A stretch of 64,000 nucleotides of DNA from an uncultured Methanomicrobiaceae archaeon (GTDB lineage: Archaea > Halobacteriota > Methanomicrobia > Methanomicrobiales > Methanoculleaceae). A program made the position numbers and the translations under genes. The notes under the pieces are model-generated. The model was not told the origin of the DNA. It ran no database searches and saw only the letters and a list, made by a program, of their open reading frames with translations. The stretch is from assembly GCA_963826525.1 (NCBI GenBank), contig CAWGXH010000005.1, forward strand, positions 32,001 through 96,000, written 5' to 3'. This document shows, in pieces, positions 36,176-45,929 of this stretch; within the stretch, counting starts at the first letter, position 1; each line of letters starts with the position of its first letter.

Positions 36176-38894
36176 TTATTGGGTCAGGGCGCCGAGGCTG
36201 CCCGAATCCCGCATAAAAAGCCAGTAGCCTTTCATCGGGACCATCGTCTGGTTTTCACCCTGTGCTCCGGTGGCACCATTGATGATCACCGGTTCGTACT
36301 GCTGATTCTCGGCATCGTATCCGAGCAGGTAGACCCAGTTGTCCTCGACCGATTGCAGGGTCTCGTTCGCCGACCGGGGCTGCGTGTCCGCAAGTCCGAT
36401 ACCGCTCCAGCCTTCGGCGAGATCCTTGCTCGCAGGAACGTTCACCGGGTAGGTGCTGACGCTTAAGGTGACGTTTGTCGTTTCGTTCGAGTAGACCCAG
36501 TAGGCATCGAGCACCTCGAGAACGGTGTCATTCTCGAGTGTATCCCAGCCTGAAGCCTGGGTGAACCTGTAGACCTCCCGTCCAGCCATATCGACGTTCT
36601 GGAAGACGGCCTCTACCGTGTCGTTCCCTTCAGAAAGTTCGGTCGGGATCGAGATGAAGTTCCATCCCTTGTAGAGCTGGGAGCTGCATCGTCGTTACGT
36701 TGCCCCCGGTCTGGTTACCGGTCATATTCCCGGTCTGGTTACCGGTCATATTCCCGGTCTGATTTCCGGTCATATTCCCGGTCTGATTTCCGGTCATATT
36801 CCCGGTCTGATTTCCGGTCATATTCCCGGTCTGATTTCCGGTCATATTCCCTGTCTGGTTACCGGTCATATTTCCGGTCTGGTTACCGGTCATATTCCCG
36901 GTCTGATTTCCGGTCATATTCCCGGTCTGGTTACCGGCAGTCACGTTGACCATGGCGGTGACCGGTGGATTGAGCGGTGTATGATTGTTGTTGACGAGCT
37001 GCACGGAGAAGTTGTGCATGCCGGCCGTGACGTTCTCCCAGGTATAGGAGGTATTGGTGCTCACGGCGTAGGATCCGTTCTCCGGGATGGCGGGTTTGCC
37101 CTGCTCGGTCGGGATGGCGGTATCCATGTAGTAGTGAATATGTCCTTCACCGGGGACGGCTGCCTGTCCGAGTTTTTCGACAACGGTGAAGTTTGTAACA
37201 TTCACCTCGACCGTCACATTGCCGACGGAGACGGTCGATCCGTTCTCCGGCATGGTGATGGTCACGTTCGGCATCCCGGTCACGTTGCCCATGGTCTGGT
37301 TCCCGGTCATATTCCCGGTGGCGTTGCCCATGGTCTGGTTCCCGGTCATGTTTCCGGTAACATTGCCCATAGTCTGGTTCCCGGTCATGTTCCCGGTGGC
37401 ATTGCCCATGGTCTGGTTCCCGGTCTGGTTACCGGTTACGTTGCCCATGGTCTGGTTACCGGTTACGTTGCCCATGGTCTGGTTCCCGGTCTGGTTACCG
37501 GTCATGTTTCCGGTCGCGTTGCCCATAGTCTGGTTTCCGGCAGTCATGTTGCCTATCGTCATGTTTGGCGGGATGAGCACCTGGTCGATGACGTGGATGA
37601 CGCCGTTGCTGGCGTTGATGTCGGGCTGGATGATGGACGCATTATTCACCATCAGCTGGTTTGTCGTCTGGTTGAGGCTGACCGTCAGGTTCTCACCAAG
37701 CAGCGTCCGAAGCGCCGTCATATTCTGTGCCTGCGTCATCGTCTGCGTCATGTTGGCAGTCTGGTTCTGCGTCATGTTGGCAGTCTGGTTCTGCGTCATG
37801 TTGGCAGTCTGGTTCTGCGTCATGTTGGCAGTCTGGTTCTGCGTCATGTTGGCAGTCTGGTTCTGCGTCATGTTGGCAGTCTGGTTCTGCGTCATGTTGG
37901 CAGTCTGGTTCTGTGTCATGTTGGCAGTCTGGTTCTGCGTCATGTTCAGGAGCTGCTCGGAGGTGTAGTTGCCTTCGACAACATGGTACTGGAGAATTGC
38001 CGTGAGCTGATCCGTGTTGTTCAGGAGCTGATCGAGGGTCTCGTTGCCGAGCGCCTCAAACGCCGCGTCGTCCGGTGCAAAGACGGTGTACGGCCCGCTG
38101 GTGTTCAGTGTCTCGGTCAGGTTGGTAGCATTGATCGCCTGGGCAAGAATAGTCAGGTTCCCGTCCTGGTTGATCATGTCGACCAGAGTCATGTTCCCGG
38201 TGGCATTGCCCATGGTCTGGTTCCCGGTCATGTTCCCGGTGGCATTGCCCATGGTCTGGTTCCCGGTCATGTTCCCGGTGGCGTTGCCCATGGTCTGGTT
38301 CCCGGTCATGTTCCCGGTGGCATTGCCCATGGTCTGGTTCCCGGTCATGTTCCCGGTGGCATTACCCATGGTCTGGTTCCCGGTCATGTTCCCGGTGGCG
38401 TTGCCCATGGTCTGGTTCCCGGTCATGTTCCCGGTGACGCCCACGAAGATCTTCAGGGTGTACTCGGGTTCCATCTGCGTGTCATTGGCACCACCGTAGA
38501 CGAACGTGACGTTATCGCCGTCACTCACCCTTTTTTGGGCAACGCCGGCAGTGAACTGCTCGCCGTTTATCAGGTATGTCCAGTTCATCTCCGTGTTGTT
38601 CATCATACCGTTCTCGATCCCGCCGATCGAGGCGACGGCAAGGTAGCCCTGCTCTGCCGGCAGGCTGTCGGTGACTGTGTAGTTAAATCCGCCCGCTTCA
38701 GAGCCGGCCTGAAGTGCACCGAGCACCGAAACATTGCTGGCAATATAGGGCTGCGATGAATTTACCGGCGTGATGGTAAAGTTTCCACTGCTGTCCAGGG
38801 TGACATTCCCCTCTCCTAGAGACGCTGCCGCAGTCGTGGCAGGAATCACCAGGAGAAGGAGAAGACACAGATATAGGATATAATGTCGTCTCAT
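36176..38894 (-). CDS. Fasciclin protein A: signal-DUF4430-like-repeat-FAS1(repeat insert)-repeat-His-motif domain-repeat-C-terminal surface domain; frameshift ~36680
   Basis: FAS1 H1 GPYTVFAPDDAAF, LQYHVV, H2 NGVIHVIDQVLIP; GEGHIHYYMD...HNFSVQLVNNNH; shifted frame continues LYKGWNFISIP...KGYWLFM. Confidence 0.9.
36707..36937 (-). repeat. 24-bp coding tandem repeat (GNQTGNMT) x~9.5
   Basis: Unit ccggtcatattcccggtctg(g/a)tt(a/t) repeated directly. Confidence 0.95.
37278..37550 (-). repeat. Mixed GNQT/MGNVT/MGNAT/GNMT coding repeats
   Basis: Irregular concatenation of 12- and 15-bp units. Confidence 0.9.
37744..37946 (-). repeat. 24-bp coding tandem repeat (MTQNQTAN) x8 inside the FAS1 domain
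   Basis: tgcgtcatgttggcagtctggttc repeated 8 times, nearly perfectly. Confidence 0.97.
38191..38435 (-). repeat. 39-bp coding tandem repeat (GNMTGNQTMGNAT) x6
   Basis: atgttcccggtggc(a/g)ttgcccatggtctggttcccggtc repeated. Confidence 0.97.
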
Positions 38895-39112
38895 TCTACT
38901 CCCCCCCTTGAGGAGGGTGAGGAAGGTCAAAGGAGTATATTAAGTTTTTTATAATCGCACATATATATTTTATATTGTTGGCCCGTTTGTAGTATTGCCG
39001 AATACAAAGCAGACAATTGCAGTATCCGACCCGTTGCCGGCAGCAGAGATTCCCGTGTTTGAAAAAAAAGGTGCGCCCGGTTACGGGAGCAGAGTTCTCC
39101 GCATCGGATGGT

Positions 39113-40537
39113 CTAGATCGTCTGATTGCTGGAGGTCATGTTGGTCTGATTCTCCATGGTCTGGTTGCTGGCAGTCTGATTCTGTGTCAGATTGCGGCTG
39201 GTTGCTGGGTGATTCTGGTCGCCGGCGGTCTGATTCTGTGTCAGATTAGCGGTCTGGTTCGCTGTGGTCGCCCCCAGCGTGACGTTCTCAGGTATCAGCA
39301 CTGCATCGATAGTGTGAACGACGCCGTTGCTGGCATCAAGATCCGCCGCTCCGACGGTTGCGTTGCCGACCATGATCTCTCCCGCCCTGACGGTTACGGT
39401 GAGGTTTTCACCGAGGAGCGTCTGCAGCGTTGTCGAACCCGTCGTCGTCACGTTAGTAGCGTTGGTGGCGTTTCCGCCGGTCGCCATACTCACGAGTTCT
39501 TCAGTCGTGTACTCCCCTTCCACGATGTTATACTGGAGTAACCGTAGCAAGCTGGGTCGGGTTATTGAGCAGTTCGGAAAGATTTTCCGGTGTCATAGCG
39601 CCGAAGGCCTCATTGGTCGGTGCAAAGACGGTGTACGGCCCGCCGGTATCGAGTGTATCGGTCAGGTTGGCCGTCTGGATGGCTGTTGTCAGTGTAGAGA
39701 GGTTATCGTCCGCACCGATTACGCCGACGATGCTCATACCGGTCTGGTTTGCCTGCACGGTTGCGTTCTCAGGCGGTATCAGCACCGCATCGATGATGTG
39801 GACGACACCGTTGCTTCCAGTGATTCAGTCATCGTAATGCTGGCATTCCCGACCATCAGTTCATTCGTGGTCTGGTTGAGCGTGACCGTCAGGTTCTCGC
39901 CAAGCAGCGTCTGCAGCATCGTTTCGTTCCCGGTCACATTCCCGGTTATGTTGGCAGTCTGATTCTGCGTCACGTTCCCGGTCGCATTACCCATGGTCTG
40001 GTTCTGCGTCACGTTCCCGGTCACATTACCCATGGTCTGGTTCTGCGTCACGTTCCCGGTCACATTACCCATGGTCTGGTTCTCTGCCGTCATGTTCTGC
40101 TGCACCATCTCCATCAACTGCTGTGAGGTGTAGTTGCCTTCCACCACGTGGTACTGGAGAATTACCGTGAGCTGGTTGGTATTGTTCAGGAGCTGGTTGA
40201 TGGTATCGTTGCCGAGCGCTTCAAACGCGGCATCGGTCGGTGCAAAGATGGTGTATGGCCCTCCGGTGCTCAGCGTCTCGGTCAGGTTAGTGGCGTTGAT
40301 GGCCGTCGACAGGATTGTCAGGTTCTGCTCCTCGCCGATGATCTCCACGACGGTCAGATTCCCCGTCTGATTCGCCTCCATCATACCGGTCTGGTTGCCG
40401 GTTACGTTATCCGGCATCGTCATGTTGCTTTCATTACTCATTGTGGCATTATCTTCGCCGAATACCGCCGCCGATGCAGTGGCAGATGCCATCAGCACGA
40501 TAAGGATGCCCATGCCTACTAAGATATACGATCTCAC
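39113..40537 (-). CDS. Fasciclin protein B with two FAS1 domains; frameshifts ~39828 and ~39541
   Basis: Signal peptide; GGPYTIFAPTDAAF and GGPYTVFAPTNEAF; two NGVVH motifs; (QTMGNVTGNVTQN) repeats. Confidence 0.88.
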
Positions 40538-40787
40538 GCTTGTCCCCCCTTGTAAAGGTCACCTGGGATGGTATTATTAATATATAAATTCGACCATGAT
40601 TTTTATAGAGTCCTATAAGTCCGGTTCAGGGGTGCTGTCAGTTCTTTTACCCGGGAAGCAGTGCATGTAATTGCCGGACGATTCTGCGGCTGCCGAGATC
40701 GTCGTTCACTCACCGGACGCTACTAGGGAGCAAGGATGTCTCCTGCAGGAACCGCTTTCCATGCCAATGTTTTCGAAAGCCCGTTCT

Positions 40788-40950
40788 GTGAACTACCCCG
40801 CACCTGTTGGACGGGGCTTCCTGCTTCATTCTCCCTCTATCGAGGCAAGTCCACAGGCTCTTAGGCGCGTTCCGCACCTGAAACCCCGACAAGATTCTGT
40901 TCTTGCAGGGCAAACTTTTTGATATTGATTGCCGCGTTGCTATCGCGGTC
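40788..40950 (-). ncRNA. Predicted TnpB omegaRNA/reRNA scaffold
   Basis: 3' end of tnpB plus GAGCCTGTGG...GAAGCAGGAAGCCCC...GGGGTAGTTCAC, typical of IS605-family right ends; 5' boundary is a guess. Confidence 0.6.
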
Positions 40951-41991
40951 GTGGTGAGTGCCGCAGTCGGGGCATGTCCACTCCCTATCAGAGAGCGTGA
41001 GATTTCGATGGTAATACCCACACCGATTGCAGATCTTCGATGACGGATCAAACCTCCCGATCTTGAGGATGGTCTTCCCATACTTCCGGCACTTGTATTC
41101 AAGCATCGTGAAGAACGTACTCCACGAGACATCTCCGATCCCCTGTGCCAGACACTGATTCTTCTGCATTCCAGCGACGTTTAATGATTCCACTGCAATA
41201 ACTTGGTTCTCGCTCACAACCCAAAAAGAGAGGTTGTGCAGGAAATCGTTTCGCCGGTTCGCAACAGTTTCATGGCACCGGGCGAGTCTCTGGATTGCTT
41301 TCTCCCGGTTCTTCGATCCTTTCACTTTCCGTGACACTCGCCGTTGCAGCACTTTCAGCCGCCGGAGGGAGTTCTTCAGGTAGCGAGGGTTCTCGATATT
41401 CTCTCCGGTAGAGAAGGTTGCAAAATCCTTCAACCCAACGTCAATACCTATGGTGGAACCGGTCGTGAATGGTGCTGGTTTGGGTTCCGGTTCCCCATCA
41501 TCGACAAGGATACTGACGAACCACTTCCCGGTTGACGTCACCGAGACAGTAGCATACTTCATCTTCCCAGCGAATGTCCGGTGAAAGACGGCCTTAACCT
41601 CACCAATCTTCGGGAGTTTGATTCGACCCCGATTGAAATCCACCGTATAATGCTGTGGTACCTGAAAGGATTGCACCGGGTTCTTTTTCGACTTGAACCG
41701 AGGGAACCCCTTCTTCTCCCGGAAGAACCGGGTGAAGGCATTGTCGAGGTTCTTGTTGGCACTCTGGAGCGACTGGGAGTTGACTTATTTGAGCCACGAA
41801 TGCTCTTCTTTGAGCGCGGAAAGACGGGTGTTCAGGTCGAAGCAGGAGAGTTTTCGACCTTCCTGCTCGTATGCCCGGATCTTCTGCTCCAGAGAATAGT
41901 TGTACACAAACCGACAGGCATGGATGTGCCGCATGAGGAGTGCGGTCTGCTCCTGGTTGGGATACATCCGATACTTGTAAGCCTGGAGCAT
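40861..41991 (-). pseudogene. tnpB: RNA-guided endonuclease TnpB with in-frame TAA at 41785-41787
   Basis: AYKYRMYP...CRFVYN; RuvC GIDVG, AVESL, DRDSNAAINI; Zn finger CNRC/CPDC; both ORF pieces share one frame. Confidence 0.92.
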
Positions 41992-42289
41992 ACAAGGATT
42001 ATTGCGCCTTACAATAAGATGTAGTTTCCAGTAATCTCTCAAAACGTATGACGAAGGGCGGCGGGGCGGCCGTCCCCGCACCTGTTGACCGGGGTCTTCC
42101 TGCTCCGCCCCCTTCACCCCCGCAAGACAAAATATGCGGTTGACGTACGTCAATGTGGACTGGTTCCCGGTAATTAATGGTGACAGGAAATGTCCGTGGC
42201 CACCTATACCTGGTGTCGAGAATGTCATATCCCTGTAAGGGGTGTCTACGCATTCCTTCAAACGTGGATCTGTTCAAAAAAGGCGGAAG

Positions 42290-42308
42290 CACCGTTCCAG
42301 GAACGGTG
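42290..42308 (-). terminator. Perfect hairpin followed by a U-tract downstream of fasciclin C
   Basis: caccgttcc-a-ggaacggtg, then CTTCCGCCTTTTTT on the minus strand. Confidence 0.5.
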
Positions 42309-42403
42309 GATGCCGCGATCTGATTCGGTGCCTGGATCATTCAGGCCGGATTATACCAGTACAGCGTGTTTCAAATAACCGTGGCTGTCGCCCCGCTGGT
42401 TAA

Positions 42404-43471
42404 CTACTGGTAAGCCATGGTCTGGTTTCCGGTCGCATTACCCATGGTCTGGTTTCCGGTCACATTGCCCATGGTCTGGTTACCCGTCGCATTGCCCATG
42501 GTCTGGTTTCCGGTTACGTTGCCCATAGTCTGGTTTCCGGTCATGTTCCCGGTGGCGTTACCCATGGTCTGGTTTCCGGCAGTCATGTTGCCTATCGTCA
42601 TGTTTGGCGGGATGAGCACCTGGTCGATGACGTGGATGACGCCGTTGCTGGCGTTGATGTCGGGCTGGATGATGGACGCATTATTCACCATCAGCTGGTT
42701 TGTCGTCTGGTTGAGGCTGACCGTCAGGTTCTCACCAAGCAGCGTCCGAAGCGCCGTCATATTCTGTGCCTGCGTCATCGTCTGCGTCATGTTGGCGGTC
42801 TGGTTCTGTGTCATATTCCCGGTCATATTCTGCGCTTGAGTCTGGTTCTGCGTCATGTTGGCGGTCTGGTTCTGTGTCATATTCCCGGTCATATTCTGCG
42901 CCTGAGTCTGGTTCTGCGTCATGTTGGCGGTCTGGTTCTGTGTCATATTCCCGGTCATATTCTGCGCCTGAGTCTGGTTCTGCGTCATGTTGGCAGTCTG
43001 GTTCTGCGTCATATTCAGGAGCTGCTCGGAGGTGTAGTTGCCTTCGACAACGTGGTACTGGAGAATTGCCGTGAGCTGATCCGTGTTGTTCAGGAGCTGA
43101 TCGAGGGTCTCGTTGCCGAGCGCCTCAAACGCCGCGTCGTCCGGTGCAAAGACGGTGTACGGCCCGCTGGTGTTCAGTGTCTCGGTCAGGTTAGTAGCAT
43201 TGATCGCCTGGGCAAGAATAGTCAGGTTCCCGTCCTGGTTGATCATGTCGACCAGAGTCATGTTCCCGGTGGCATTGCCCATTGTCATGTTCCCGGTCAT
43301 ATTTCCGGTGGCGTTGCCCATGGTCTGATTCCCGGTCATATTTCCGGTTGCATTGCCCATGGTCTGATTATCCATCGTGGCATTCGCTTCCCCAACCAGC
43401 GCTGCCGTGGCAACGGCAGGTATGGCCAGCAGAAAAAGAATGCACAGAGTGAGAACGGCATATTTCTTCAT
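42404..43471 (-). CDS. Fasciclin protein C (single FAS1, intact)
   Basis: Signal peptide; FAS1 nearly identical to gene A; 66-bp x3 insert (MTQNQTANMTQNQTQAQNMTGN). Confidence 0.93.
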   Translation of the reverse strand: MKKYAVLTLCILFLLAIPAVATAALVGEANATMDNQTMGNATGNMTGNQTMGNATGNMTGNMTMGNATGNMTLVDMINQDGNLTILAQAINATNLTETLNTSGPYTVFAPDDAAFEALGNETLDQLLNNTDQLTAILQYHVVEGNYTSEQLLNMTQNQTANMTQNQTQAQNMTGNMTQNQTANMTQNQTQAQNMTGNMTQNQTANMTQNQTQAQNMTGNMTQNQTANMTQTMTQAQNMTALRTLLGENLTVSLNQTTNQLMVNNASIIQPDINASNGVIHVIDQVLIPPNMTIGNMTAGNQTMGNATGNMTGNQTMGNVTGNQTMGNATGNQTMGNVTGNQTMGNATGNQTMAYQ

Positions 43472-43688
43472 ATCAATCCCCCCTTAGAGGCTTCCGAACA
43501 ATCTTCACAATAGTATATAAATATTATTATATGTTGTATCGGATGCTTCAAAAATCTCCGTTTCCGTTGATACCATTGGGGAGTTGTGTGATCTTCGGCG
43601 AACCACCCGGATCTCGACCGGTTCAAAACCCTTGGCTCTGGGCGTGAAATTCTGAAAAAAGGATATATTCCGGGAAGGTTGGACCGGG

Positions 43689-44896
43689 CTAACCCGTCAT
43701 GTTGATGATCGTCATGTTTGCTGGCATCAGCACCCGGTCGATGATGTGGACGACACCGTTGCTGGCGTTGATGTCGGGCGTGACGATCGTAGCATTGTTG
43801 ACCATCAGCTGGTTCGTGGTCTGATTGAGGGTGAGCGTCAGGTTCTCGCCGAGCAGCGTCTGTAGCGTGACCGTTGCCTGCTGCCCGGTCATGTTGGCAG
43901 TCTGGTTCTGCGTCGCGTTCCCGGTCATGTTACCCATGGTCTGGTTTTGCGTCACGTTCCCGGTCACATTCCCGGTTATGTTGGCAGTCTGATTCTGCGT
44001 CACGTTCCCGGTTACGTTACCCATGGTCTGGTTCTGCGTCACGTTCCCGGTCACATTACCCGGTTATGTTGGCAGTCTGGTTCTGCGTCACGTTCCCGGT
44101 TACGTTACCCATGGTCTGGTTCTCTGCAATCGTCATGTTCTGGCGAACCATCTCCATCAGCTGCCTCAGTAGTGTAGTTGCCTTCGACAACGTGGTACTG
44201 GAGAATTGCCGTGAGCTGATCCGTGTTGTTCAGGAGCTGGTTGATGGTATCGTTGCCGAGCGCTTCAAACGCCGCGTCGTCCGGTGCAAAGACGGTGTAC
44301 GGCCCGCCGGTGCTCAGTGTCTCGGTCAGGTTGGTAGCATTGATGGCCGTCGACAGGATCGTCAGGTTCTGCTCCTCGTCGATCACCTCTGCGACGGTCA
44401 TGTTCTCCGTCTGGTTGCCGCCGGTCGTAAGCTCCGTCACATTCACGGATATGTTCAGGGTGTACTCCGCATCCTGCAGGGTGTGACCGGCCGAACCGTA
44501 GGAGTATATCACACTATCACTACCGTTCAACCGCATCCTGGCAGGACCTGCGGGGATCTCCTCCCCGTTGACCCAGAACTTCCAGGAGTTCTCCGTACCG
44601 TTCACAATGCCCCTCTCGATACCGGCGATCGAGGTGACGACAAGGATACCCCGCTCCGGCGGAAGATCTTCGGAGACCGTATAGTTGAAATTACCCGCCT
44701 CCGATGCGGCATTGAGGGCACCAAGGGCAGAATTCTCACGGATGATGTACGGCTGCGTCGAGTTTACCGGCAGGATGGTGAAGTTTTCGCTGCTGTTCAG
44801 CGTGACGGCCTCCTCCCCGATGGATACTGCCACGGTTGCTGCGGGCAGGCCAATGAGAAGAAGGAGACCGAGAGTTAGGAGAAATTTATGTTTCAT
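43689..44896 (-). CDS. Fasciclin protein D (DUF4430-like + FAS1); frameshifts ~44170 and ~44058
   Basis: Signal peptide; ALGALNAASEAGNFNYTV...SIAGIE...WKFWVNG; GGPYTVFAPDDAAF; NGVVHIIDRVLMP. Confidence 0.88.
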
Positions 44897-45085
44897 GGTT
44901 ATTCCCTCCTCTGGGATTGGAAGGGTCTCGTTTATTGTATTTAATGATTTTTATAATTTAAATCGCTTGAATCTTACACCTGGCGTGTAACGGGAAAGGA
45001 TCGACTCTCTTGAGAGCAATGCTTCTTCCGATAGCATCCCGGCCGCATCTCTCTCCTAGGTAAGGAACAACCATTATTCATGATA

Positions 45086-45118
45086 CAAAAAAGAGTTTCG
45101 GGAGCAACGCTCCCGGAA
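45086..45118 (-). terminator. Hairpin plus U-tract downstream of fasciclin E
   Basis: Minus strand TTCCGGGAGCGTTGCTCCCGAAACTCTTTTTT. Confidence 0.55.
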
Positions 45119-45125
45119 GATGTCC

Positions 45126-45929
45126 TTACATTGTCTGTCCGCCGGTCGTGCCTCCCGTTTCGTTACCAGTTGACTGGTTTCCGGTCACGTTCCCGGTAGT
45201 AACGTTGGCCATGGTCTGGTTTCCGGTCATGTTACCGGCGGTCGTCAGGTTGCTGACTGTCATGTTCGGCGGGATGAGCACCTTGTCGATGACATAAATG
45301 ACACCCGTGCTGGTGTTAATTTCCTGGACAACGAATGTATCGTTGTTCAGAACCAGCTGACCGTTCTCCTGGGTCACCGTGATGTTCTCGCCAAGGAGTG
45401 TCTGCAGCATCGTTTCGTTCCCGGTCATGTTCCCGGTCTGGTTCTGCGTCTCGTTCTGACCGCCGAAGAGGCCGCTCAAGAAGCTGAAGATATCCCCGCT
45501 GGTCTGGTTCTGCTGCTGGGTCATGTTCATCAGCTGCTCCGGCGTGTACTCGCCGGGAACCACGTGGTACTGGAGAATTATCGTGAGCTGATCCTGGTTG
45601 CCCAGCAGCGCTCCGACGGTATCGTTGCCGAGCGCTTCAAACGCTGCGTCGTCCGGTGCAAAGACGGTGTACGGCCCGCCGGTTTGAAGCGCCCCGGTCA
45701 GGTTGGCCACATTGAGCGCTGTCGAAAGGGTGGTCAGGTTCGGGTCCTGCTGGATCACATCGACGAGGGTCATATTGCCGGTCTGGTTTCCCATAGTCTG
45801 GTTGCCGGCTGCACTGGTCATGTTTGTCTGGTTGCCTGTCGTAGCATTCTCACTGCCCATCGGAAGAGCCGATGTCACGGCTACCATCCCTATGATGAGG
45901 AGAACGCATGCCCATACAATCTGTTTCAT
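45126..45929 (-). CDS. Fasciclin protein E (single FAS1, intact)
   Basis: Signal peptide; GGPYTVFAPDDAAF, LQYHVV, GVIYVIDKVLIP; NxT-rich flanks. Confidence 0.93.
   Translation of the reverse strand: MKQIVWACVLLIIGMVAVTSALPMGSENATTGNQTNMTSAAGNQTMGNQTGNMTLVDVIQQDPNLTTLSTALNVANLTGALQTGGPYTVFAPDDAAFEALGNDTVGALLGNQDQLTIILQYHVVPGEYTPEQLMNMTQQQNQTSGDIFSFLSGLFGGQNETQNQTGNMTGNETMLQTLLGENITVTQENGQLVLNNDTFVVQEINTSTGVIYVIDKVLIPPNMTVSNLTTAGNMTGNQTMANVTTGNVTGNQSTGNETGGTTGGQTM

Larger units (their letters stand above)
40788..42115 (-). mobile_element. IS200/IS605-family tnpB-only element (IS1341-like)
   Basis: tnpB with no tnpA; right end ...GAAGCAGGAAGCCCCGTCCAACAGGTGCGGGGTAGTTCAC ending at 40788; similar hairpin upstream at 42084-42115; left boundary approximate. 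Confidence 0.85.

Noticed and set aside
36707-38435. 24- and 39-bp tandem repeats as a CRISPR array
   Set aside because: No unique spacers, units are multiples of 3 inside ORFs, and no cas genes
36981-38759. Long plus-strand ORFs over fasciclin genes (592 aa, 260 aa; also 42632-43513 and 43874-44878)
   Set aside because: Antisense shadows of stop-free repeats and biased codon usage
41785-41787. Stop-codon recoding (Pyl/Sec) in tnpB
   Set aside because: The codon is TAA, not TAG or TGA
36176-45929. Diversity-generating retroelement or invertible shufflon behind the fasciclin variation
   Set aside because: No reverse transcriptase or recombinase in the window, no adenine-specific mismatch pattern between A and C, and all copies are co-oriented
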